Origin: Candidatus Alectryobacillus merdavium
GTDB lineage: Bacteria > Bacillota_I > Bacilli_A > RFN20 > CAG-826
Length of the DNA stretch: 24,000 nt
NCBI GenBank assembly: GCA_017694735.1
Contig: JADIMN010000100.1
Span: 3,335 to 27,334 of the forward strand
Reading direction: 5' to 3'
Numbering within the stretch: the stretch's first letter is position 1; every line of letters starts with the position of its first letter. This document shows, one piece after another, positions 17,180-24,000 of the stretch. A program made the position numbers and the translations under genes. The notes beneath the pieces are model-generated. The model did no database searches and was not told the origin of the DNA. It worked only from the letters and a program-made list of their open reading frames with translations.

Positions 17180-18729
17180 TATTTAGCAACTTCGTTAGCT
17201 CTAAATTCACGAATGACGCAAATTTTAGTTTGTCCAGGATATGATGTTTCGTTTTCGATTTTCTCTTTAATTTGTTTAGCAATTTCAAAGGCTTGTAAAT
17301 CGCTAACTTCAGTTGGTGATACAATTACACGAAGTTCTCTACCAGATTGGAAAGCATATGATTGAGAAACTCCATCAATAGAGGATGTAATTTTTTCTAA
17401 ATCCTCAAGTCTTTGAATATATTTTTCTAATGTTTCACTTCTAGCACCAGGTCTTGCAGCAGATAAAGTATCAGCAGCTTGGACTAAAAATGAAATAGCA
17501 TATTTTGGTGGAACTTCATTATGGTGAGATGCAATTGAGTTAACAACAACATCGTTTTCTCCATATTTTTTTGCAAGTTTTACACCTAAATCAACGTGAG
17601 AGCCATCAACTTCAAAATCGATAGATTTGCCAATATCATGGAGTAAACCTGCTCTTTTAGCAAGAGCTTGATTAAAACCTAATTCAGCAGCCATTACTCC
17701 AGCTAAATTTGCAACTTCAACAGAATGTTCAAGAGCGTTTTGACCGTATGAGGTTCTATATCTAAGTCTACCAATAAGTTCGACTAATTCTTTAGGCATT
17801 TTCCCAATACCTAATTTAAAAATCGCTTCTTGGCCAGCTTTAATAATAGAATCATTAACAGTTGCTTTCATTTTTTCAGAAACTTCTTCAATTCTAGCAG
17901 GTTGAATTCTACCATCAGATATTAAAGCCTCAAGTGTCTTTTTAGCAATTTCTCTTCTAATTGGATCAAAACAAGAAACAGTAATTGTTTCTGGAGTATC
18001 ATCAATTAAAATATCTACGCCTAATTTATTTTCTAATGATTTAATATTTCTACCGTCTCTTCCAATAACTCTTCCTTTCATTTCCTCACTTGGAAGTGAA
18101 ATTGAAGAAGTTGTCTTTTCAATTGTTATTTCTTGAGCATATTTATTAATAGCCATGACTAAAATATTTTTAGCTTCATCCTCAGCTTTTTCATGAGCTT
18201 CGTCAATTCTATTTTTTTCGTATTGAGCAATTTCTAGATTAACTTTTTCTTCAACTCTTCTAAAAATTTCTTCTTTTGCCTCGTTTTGAGACATACCAGC
18301 TACTTTCTCTAATTCTGAAATTATACTATTTGTTTTTTCTTCAAGAATCTTTTCTTTCTTATGATAATTTTCAATTTGATTATTTAATTGTGCTTGTTTT
18401 GCATCTAAATTGTTTTCTTTAACAATTAAAGCGGCATCTCTTTGATCGATGCTATTTTCTCTTTGTGTTAATTTTGATTGTAAATCATAAATCTCTTGTC
18501 TTTTTTCTTTGTTGCTTTGTTCAAATTCTTTTTTCATTTTAGCAACTACATCAAGTGCATCAAGTTCAGCTTTTTTAACAATTTTTTGGGCTTCAATTTT
18601 AGCATCATCTACTTTTTTAATTATTGTGTTGTGTTTTCTTTTTAAAAATAAATAGATAAATAATGCAGCGGCGCCAATTCCAATGACAAAAGCGACAATT
18701 ATAAGACCAATTCCTAATCCTAAATCCAT
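17179..18729 (-). CDS. rny: Ribonuclease Y
   Basis: N-terminal TM, long coiled coil, KH domain (GRVIGRDGRNIKSLE), HD domain (HSVEVANLAGVMAAELG, LLHDIGKSIDFE), C-terminal REFRANEVAK. Confidence 0.96.
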   Translation of the reverse strand: MDLGLGIGLIIVAFVIGIGAAALFIYLFLKRKHNTIIKKVDDAKIEAQKIVKKAELDALDVVAKMKKEFEQSNKEKRQEIYDLQSKLTQRENSIDQRDAALIVKENNLDAKQAQLNNQIENYHKKEKILEEKTNSIISELEKVAGMSQNEAKEEIFRRVEEKVNLEIAQYEKNRIDEAHEKAEDEAKNILVMAINKYAQEITIEKTTSSISLPSEEMKGRVIGRDGRNIKSLENKLGVDILIDDTPETITVSCFDPIRREIAKKTLEALISDGRIQPARIEEVSEKMKATVNDSIIKAGQEAIFKLGIGKMPKELVELIGRLRYRTSYGQNALEHSVEVANLAGVMAAELGFNQALAKRAGLLHDIGKSIDFEVDGSHVDLGVKLAKKYGENDVVVNSIASHHNEVPPKYAISFLVQAADTLSAARPGARSETLEKYIQRLEDLEKITSSIDGVSQSYAFQSGRELRVIVSPTEVSDLQAFEIAKQIKEKIENETSYPGQTKICVIREFRANEVAK

Positions 18730-18830
18730 CCTAATATCCCTCCTTTATTTATAATCAAAAAACTTTTAAAAAAATCAAAAATTCAAATATCTATAAATAT
18801 ATATAAAAATTAAAGATTTCTAAGTATTTT

Positions 18831-18856
18831 TGCAGTATTACTGCATAAAAATTATA
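18831..18856 (-). promoter_or_regulatory. Predicted rny promoter -10 with palindrome at the transcription start
   Basis: TATAAT on minus strand (18856-18851), followed at the expected +1 distance by the perfect palindrome TGCAGTA-A-TACTGCA (18845-18831). The -35 is weak. Confidence 0.45.
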
Positions 18857-18914
18857 ACAAATTAAAGAGAGATATTAAAGTCTCTATGAAATTAAAAATA
18901 AATTTTAAAAGGGA

Positions 18915-19907
18915 CTAACTTTTGACTTCTCCACTAACAATTATATTTCTTATTTCTTCAAAAATTTCCTTATGATTTTCTAAAAATATCTTAGCGGTTT
19001 CTCTTCCTTGGCCTATTTTATTTCCATTATATTCATACCAAGATCCAGACTTTTTAATTATTCCTAAAGAAGTTCCTAAATCAAGTAATTCTCCTTCTTT
19101 AGAAATTCCTTTTCCATAGATAATGTCAAACTTACATGACTTAAATGGAGAAGCAACTTTATTTTTTACGACCTTACAAACAACAGTATTTCCAATAATA
19201 TCATTATTTTGTTTAATAGCATCTGATTTTCTAATATCTATTCTAATTGATGAATAGAATTTTAATGCTCTACCACCAGTAGTTGTTTCAGGATTTCCAT
19301 AAAATACTCCAATTTTTTCACGCAATTGGTTAATAAAAATAATTGTTGTATTGCTTTTACTTAAAACTCCAGCAATTTTTCTTAATCCTTTTGACATCAA
19401 TCTAGCATGAAGTCCAACTTGATTTTCAACCATTTCGCCTTCTAATTCTGCCTTTGGAACTAATGCTGCAACAGAGTCAACAACAATTAAAGAAAAAACA
19501 CCACTTCTTGCAAGAAGTTCAACAATATCAAGAGCTTGTTCGCCATTATCAGGTTGAGATAAAATTAACTGATTAATTTTAACTCCTAAAGTTTGTGCAT
19601 AAATTGGATCTACGGAATGTTCAGCATCAATAAAAGCACATTTTTCGCCTCTTTTTTGTGCTTCGGCAATTGCAGTCAAAGAAAGGGTTGTTTTTCCACT
19701 GCTCTCTGGTCCAAAAATTTCAATAATTCTGCCTCGAGGATATCCCCCGACTCCAAGAGCTTCATTTAATAAAATTGAACCACTAGAAATCACGTCAATA
19801 TCTGTACTAGGTTTATCGCCTAAACACATAATGCTTCCTTTTCCGTAAGTTTTTTCAACTTCTTTAATAATTTCTTTTAATTTTTCTAAATCTTTTTCGT
19901 TTTCCAT
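18915..19907 (-). CDS. recA: Recombinase RecA
   Basis: [87 protein letters not shown]. The ORF-track start (TTG 19964) extends into the leader; ATG at 19907 follows AGAGGTAG and matches the usual RecA N-terminus. Confidence 0.97.
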   Translation of the reverse strand: MENEKDLEKLKEIIKEVEKTYGKGSIMCLGDKPSTDIDVISSGSILLNEALGVGGYPRGRIIEIFGPESSGKTTLSLTAIAEAQKRGEKCAFIDAEHSVDPIYAQTLGVKINQLILSQPDNGEQALDIVELLARSGVFSLIVVDSVAALVPKAELEGEMVENQVGLHARLMSKGLRKIAGVLSKSNTTIIFINQLREKIGVFYGNPETTTGGRALKFYSSIRIDIRKSDAIKQNNDIIGNTVVCKVVKNKVASPFKSCKFDIIYGKGISKEGELLDLGTSLGIIKKSGSWYEYNGNKIGQGRETAKIFLENHKEIFEEIRNIIVSGEVKS

Positions 19908-19941
19908 ATTTCTACCTCTAATAAATAAGTCGTATGAAAAA

Positions 19942-20421
19942 TTACTTTTTTTCCAAAATTTCAATTAATTTTAAAATTGCTTGTTTAACACAATAATATC
20001 GAATTTTATTTCTACTAAATTTTAATAAGAATTTAAAAGAATATAATTTGTCCTTATATACAACGGAAACAAATGTAAGCCCAACTTCTTTATCTCCTTC
20101 ACAAACAGTTGGTCCAGCATTACCAGTAAAAGAAACACAAATATCTGATTTTAATAAATCTTTGCCTTTAAGAGCCATTTCATCTGCAACTTCTTTTGAG
20201 ACAACTGTTTTATCTTTTATTATATTAGAATCAACCTTAACTAATTCTTCTTTAATTATCGTATTATAAGAAACTATGCTTCCCATAAAATACTTACTAC
20301 TGCCAGGAACACTAGTAATTAATGAAGCAAAAAGCCCTCCAGTAAAAGATTCAACAGAGGAAATTTTTAAATTATTTTTATCTAATAAAGTAAATAACTT
20401 TTTTATATATTTTTTAATCAT
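19942..20421 (-). CDS. cinA: CinA C-terminal-domain protein (nicotinamide-nucleotide amidase type), lacking the MoCF domain
   Basis: [41 protein letters not shown]...[10 protein letters not shown]...SFTGNAGP; lies between pgsA and recA as in Bacillus. Confidence 0.87.
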   Translation of the reverse strand: MIKKYIKKLFTLLDKNNLKISSVESFTGGLFASLITSVPGSSKYFMGSIVSYNTIIKEELVKVDSNIIKDKTVVSKEVADEMALKGKDLLKSDICVSFTGNAGPTVCEGDKEVGLTFVSVVYKDKLYSFKFLLKFSRNKIRYYCVKQAILKLIEILEKK

Positions 20422-21064
20422 TTTCTTTTTTATTCAAAAATACTTTTCTATTTTGATATAAATAAATAATCATTGAAAGAATTGAGAAAAATAAAGCTAA
20501 ATAAATTAAAAAGTCAGCAATTCTTAAACCTTTTGGCCATGAAGCATCAAAATAAGAAAAAGGAAATCCATTTAATAAATAAACTGGAATTGCAATCATT
20601 TGAAAAATAGTTTTAAGTTTTCCAAAAACATTTGCAGCAACAACAATATTCTTTTTTGCTGCCATTAATCTCATTCCATCGACAATTAAATCTCTAACAA
20701 CAAATAATATTACTATATAAACGCTAATATTTAATTGAAACTCATGTAATGGAAAACACAAAAATATTAAAGTTGCATTAACAAGCATTTTATCTGCTAT
20801 TGGATCTAAAAACTTTCCTAAATCTGTAATTTGATTATTTTTTCTTGCCAAATATCCATCAAGAGCATCGGTTGAAGCAGCAACTACAAAAACAATAAAA
20901 GCAATTAAATACTCTAAATAAATTGGTGACTCACTAGGACCATAAGCTAATCCATTAAAAGATTCAGGAAAATATTGCATTGTTATTTGGTAAATAAACA
21001 AAAATAAAAACAATACAACAACCAATATAATTCTAGAAAACGTAATCTTTGTTGGTAAATTCAT
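20414..21064 (-). CDS. pgsA: CDP-diacylglycerol--glycerol-3-phosphate 3-phosphatidyltransferase
   Basis: CDP-alcohol phosphotransferase motif DALDGYLARKNNQITDLGKFLDPIADKMLV; multiple TMs. Confidence 0.93.
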   Translation of the reverse strand: MNLPTKITFSRIILVVVLFLFLFIYQITMQYFPESFNGLAYGPSESPIYLEYLIAFIVFVVAASTDALDGYLARKNNQITDLGKFLDPIADKMLVNATLIFLCFPLHEFQLNISVYIVILFVVRDLIVDGMRLMAAKKNIVVAANVFGKLKTIFQMIAIPVYLLNGFPFSYFDASWPKGLRIADFLIYLALFFSILSMIIYLYQNRKVFLNKKEND

Positions 21065-21077
21065 AACTACTCCTCTA

Positions 21078-21420
21078 TCCCAATCCTATAAGCCATGTTT
21101 TGTCTGGAATGATTATTTATCTATATACACAAAGTATATACCACTATTAGTTCAATTCCCTTTAGTGATCTCCCCTACCAAAATTTGGGTTTCTCGCTTG
21201 TGGGGTTTACCGCGTTTCACTTTACTATTTCTAATAAAATCGTCTCTGTGGCACCTTAGCTTTCTTTTTTCATAGCATAGCCTTAGATAAAGAAAGGCCG
21301 TTATTAAGAGGCTTAATACCTAGAATTATTTTTTCTTCTAGCACAAACACTACATGCGTCTCAGCAATGTGCGAGCATGGACTTTCCTCTAGCAATAGCC
21401 AGCAATCATTCAGATTGGGA
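21078..21420 (-). ncRNA. rnpB: RNase P RNA, bacterial type B
   Basis: Minus strand carries AGAGGAAAGTCCATGCTCGCAC, GCTGAGACGCATGTAGTG, AAGGTGCCACAGAGACGA, GTGAAACGCGGTAAACCCCACAAGCGAGAAACCCAAATTTTGGTAGGGGA and ACAAAACATGGCTTA. P1 closes as TCCCAATC (21420-21413) with GATTGGGA (21085-21078). Confidence 0.95.
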
Positions 21421-21421
21421 A

Positions 21422-21787
21422 TTATTTAATTTTTTTTGGATCTTGACCAAGTTCAAATAATTTTCTTTCATATAGATTAATTTTCTTAATCATTTCTAAA
21501 GTATTAGCATTGTCAACAAAATCACTATCTTTAATATTTTTATATTTTTCTTTAAATAAATAAAAATCTTTTTCTAGTTTTTTATTTTCATTAGCTAATT
21601 CTTTTGTTTTTTCACTCAACAATTCAACCTGTTTTTCAAGATCATTAATTTTTTTATCTTTTGAATCAATCGTGTCTAATACATCATCAAGAAAAGTATC
21701 AACTTCTAATGGATTGTATCCGTTTTTTGAAGGATTGAATTTAAAATTTAATACATCTTGATAACTTAAAAGCACTTTTTTCTTCAT
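21422..21787 (-). CDS. gpsB: GpsB/DivIVA-family cell division protein
   Basis: LSYQDVLNFKFNPSKNGYNPLEVDTFLDDVLDTID followed by coiled coil; adjacent to rnpB as in Bacillus. Confidence 0.87.
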   Translation of the reverse strand: MKKKVLLSYQDVLNFKFNPSKNGYNPLEVDTFLDDVLDTIDSKDKKINDLEKQVELLSEKTKELANENKKLEKDFYLFKEKYKNIKDSDFVDNANTLEMIKKINLYERKLFELGQDPKKIK

Positions 21788-21864
21788 AAGATACTTAAAA
21801 ATTATATAACAAAAAAATACTTAATTGATAATTCTTTATAACAAATTATGTTATTATAAAGTGT

Positions 21865-22593
21865 ATGAAAATTTTAATTAACGCTTTAAAAAATAAAAGA
21901 AAACTAATATTCTTCGATTTAGAAGGTACTCAGTTTAGTCAAGAAATAATTGCTATTGCTGCTATTAAAGTAACTTTAGATGCTAAATTTAATATTAAAA
22001 AGATTGATAAAAAGGGTTTCAAACAATATGTTAAGGCAAAAGATGAAGTTGGAACTTTTGTTAGTAAACTCACTCATATAACAGATAGTCAGCTTAAAAA
22101 AGAAGGAATAACTTTTGAAAAAGCAATTAATTTATTTAAATCTTATGTTGGTACAAATCCAGAAGAATATACCTTTATTTGTTATGGAAATTATGATTTA
22201 AGATTATTTTTTAATACTTCTCATAAAAACGATAACTATGGGGAGAATTTTATTAAAATTATTTCAAAAAACTGCTTGGATTTTTCTAATTTTTCTTCAA
22301 CATATATTAAGGATAATAAAGGAAATAAATGTTCGCTTATTGAAAGCATAGTAGCATTAAATGAAACTCCACTAACAAACGAACATGATCCATTAGTAGA
22401 TACTAAAAATTTAATTATTCTATTTAGTGCTTTTTTAAATAAAAAAGAAGAAGTCGCAAGAGAATATAAAAAAGTTTTATTGAATTATGGGAAATATCAA
22501 AAACCAATAATTAATATACTTAAAAAATTAAGCGCAGGACAAAATGTTTCTCCACAAGATTTTGATCAATATATAAACGATACTTTTATTTAG
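21865..22593 (+). CDS. DEDDh-family 3'-5' exonuclease (KapD/DnaQ-like)
   Basis: ExoI KLIFFDLEGTQ...EIIAIAAIKV, ExoII ICYGNYDLRLF, ExoIII NEHDPLVDTKNL (H-x4-D). The only supported plus-strand gene in the window. Confidence 0.8.
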   Translation: MKILINALKNKRKLIFFDLEGTQFSQEIIAIAAIKVTLDAKFNIKKIDKKGFKQYVKAKDEVGTFVSKLTHITDSQLKKEGITFEKAINLFKSYVGTNPEEYTFICYGNYDLRLFFNTSHKNDNYGENFIKIISKNCLDFSNFSSTYIKDNKGNKCSLIESIVALNETPLTNEHDPLVDTKNLIILFSAFLNKKEEVAREYKKVLLNYGKYQKPIINILKKLSAGQNVSPQDFDQYINDTFI

Positions 22594-23233
22594 TTTTTTT
22601 ATAAAATTCACAAAGCTTAGATATTTTACATTCATCACATCTAGGTTTTTTTGCTGAACAAATATTTCTTCCAAATAGAATAATTTGATGATGAAGTCTT
22701 ATAAAATCAAAGTTTTTGAAAAAATCTTTTAATTTCTTTTCTACGGTTAAAATATCATCGTTTTCCTCAGCAATTCCTAGTCTTTTTGCAATTCTATTAA
22801 TGTGAGTATCTACAGGAAATTCTTGTTTATTAAATAATTCTACTAAAACGACATTCGCGGTTTTATTTCCGACTCCAGGAAGCTTTACTAATTCATTTTT
22901 ATCGTTTGGAACAATTCCGTTGTAATTATTTAATAAAGCTTTAGATATCTCAATAATGTTTTTACTTTTATTCTTATATAAACCCAAAAACTTTATATGC
23001 TTTTCAATTTCTTTTATATCTGCATTTGCAAGTTTATTTAACGAGTCAAATTTTTTAAATAAAGTCTCAGTTGCCTTATTTACAGAAACATCGGTTGTCT
23101 GAGCGCTGAGCATAACAGCAATTAATAGTTCATAATCTTTATTATAATTCAAAAAACACTTTGGATTAGTAAATAGACTGTCTAAATAATCAACTATTTC
23201 TTTTGCTTTTAATTTATTTATTTCTTCACCCAT
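22586..23233 (-). CDS. nth: Endonuclease III
   Basis: MLSAQTTDVSVNKAT, HhH LPGVGNKTANVVL, PVDTHINRIAKRLGI, Fe-S ligands C-x6-C-x2-C-x5-C (CSAKKPRCDECKISKLC). Confidence 0.96.
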   Translation of the reverse strand: MGEEINKLKAKEIVDYLDSLFTNPKCFLNYNKDYELLIAVMLSAQTTDVSVNKATETLFKKFDSLNKLANADIKEIEKHIKFLGLYKNKSKNIIEISKALLNNYNGIVPNDKNELVKLPGVGNKTANVVLVELFNKQEFPVDTHINRIAKRLGIAEENDDILTVEKKLKDFFKNFDFIRLHHQIILFGRNICSAKKPRCDECKISKLCEFYKKTK

Positions 23234-23871
23234 GGTGTATTGATAATTTTTATAGCTTCTTCAATGTCTTGCTTGCTCATGTTTGTTGTTGAAAAAGAAT
23301 ATCCCTCTTCATCAACATCACGAGAAATTTTTGATTTTCTTAAATTTATTTCTATATTTCTTAAAGTTAGTTTTTTATCTTGTTGTGCTTTTTTAAGAGC
23401 GTATGAAACCTCTTCGCAAGAGTATCCTTCTTTTAGCCAATCATCAATTTTTGCTAATTCTAAAGGAGCTAAATTTCTTTTTAATGCTAAACTAAACATT
23501 TCATATAATTGCTCTACTTTTTTATTATCTTCAGCAGACTTTATGAACTCATTACCTAAAATAGTTTTAGTTAATTCTCTATATAAAATTCTATTTAGAT
23601 TTTCTAATGATGTTTGAAGTTTATTTTCATCTTTATCAACTGAAGCAAAAGTTAAGTAATTTTTTTCTACTAAAGAACACATTATTTCATCAATTTCGTC
23701 AGAAGATAAATTCATTTTTAAAGATAATAAATCAGCGGTAATCAATTCATTACCATTATTAAGTAAATTATTAATTAGTAAAAGAACAACGAGTTCTTTC
23801 TCGCTAATTTTTAATCTTTTGTAGTTATTTAATAGTAAACTATTAAAATCAATGCTGCTTAACTTTTTCAT
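23218..23871 (-). CDS. dnaD: DnaD-family replication initiation protein
   Basis: N-terminal wHTH-like region (LLVLLLINNLLNNGNELITADLLSLKMNLSSDEI) and DnaB_2-like C-terminal part (PLELAKIDDWLKEGYSCEEVSYALKKA...NLRYIEKIL-like segment); directly precedes nth as in Bacillus. Confidence 0.85.
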   Translation of the reverse strand: MKKLSSIDFNSLLLNNYKRLKISEKELVVLLLINNLLNNGNELITADLLSLKMNLSSDEIDEIMCSLVEKNYLTFASVDKDENKLQTSLENLNRILYRELTKTILGNEFIKSAEDNKKVEQLYEMFSLALKRNLAPLELAKIDDWLKEGYSCEEVSYALKKAQQDKKLTLRNIEINLRKSKISRDVDEEGYSFSTTNMSKQDIEEAIKIINTPWVKK

Positions 23872-23891
23872 AGGTTTATATTATATTTATT

Positions 23892-24000
23892 TTATATAAA
23901 TTTTTCCATCTTTTTCAACTCACTTTTAACTTTTTCAGGATTTAATTTTTTAATTAAATCTTGATTTTGTAAAATTACTTTTTCTAAATTAATTTCATAA
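23892..24000 (-). CDS. C-terminal end of an unidentified protein (truncated by window edge)
   Basis: Open minus-strand frame ending ...YEINLEKVILQNQDLIKKLNPEKVKSELKKMEKFI-TAA, just upstream of dnaD in the same orientation. Too short to assign a family. Confidence 0.5.
   Translation of the reverse strand, partial: YEINLEKVILQNQDLIKKLNPEKVKSELKKMEKFI

Noticed and set aside
11208-19935. Shared TAAATAAGTCG string near 11208-11220 and 19922-19932, both in gene leaders
   Set aside because: Only 11-12 nt in a very AT-rich sequence and just two copies; no surrounding similarity. Likely chance without a genome-wide count.
20048-20461. Plus-strand ORFs 20048-20269 and 20276-20461
   Set aside because: Antisense to cinA and the pgsA 3' end.
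21417-21455. Promoter for rnpB inside the gpsB 3' end (TTGGTC ... TAAATA, 16-nt spacer)
   Set aside because: The predicted TSS would fall inside P1 and remove part of the helix, and both boxes are poor. Not supported as a feature, but worth testing with TSS data.
23240-23617. Plus-strand 125-aa ORF
   Set aside because: Antisense to dnaD; no family features.
1-24000. CRISPR arrays, tRNA genes, transposons, phage genes, toxin-antitoxin or retron-like modules
   Set aside because: By eye I saw no regularly spaced repeats, no tRNA-like T-arm/CCA signals, no transposase or integrase motifs, and no unexplained large intergenic regions apart from the rny leader. A tRNAscan, Infernal and defence-finder run would be needed to exclude them formally.

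Overview
Low-GC Bacillota/Bacilli-type chromosomal window. It is almost entirely housekeeping genes on the minus strand, in blocks whose gene order I recall from Bacillus: rpoE-argS, ispF-gltX, ychF/DUF951, miaB-ymdB-rny-recA-cinA-pgsA, gpsB-rnpB, dnaD-nth. TGA is a real stop codon here (YchF ends ...RFNV-TGA), so the standard bacterial code applies rather than code 4. Besides the supplied ORFs I find a truncated CysQ/inositol-monophosphatase-family CDS at the left edge, a truncated CDS at the right edge, and a type B RNase P RNA at about 21078-21420. The less ordinary signals are: (1) rnpB wedged between the gpsB stop codon and the pgsA Shine-Dalgarno with essentially no spacer; (2) a tandem pair of translationally coupled fused ATPase/FtsX-like ABC transporters (6552-11194) lying between ychF/csp and DUF951/fhs; (3) a perfect 7-1-7 palindrome at the predicted transcription start of the RNase Y gene; (4) three genes (gpsB, the divergent exonuclease gene, dnaD) with no Shine-Dalgarno and a -10-like box directly before the start codon; (5) a YlbF/YmcA-family protein without cysteines, encoded near RNase Y. 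I found no CRISPR array, phage, transposon or convincing new defence system.
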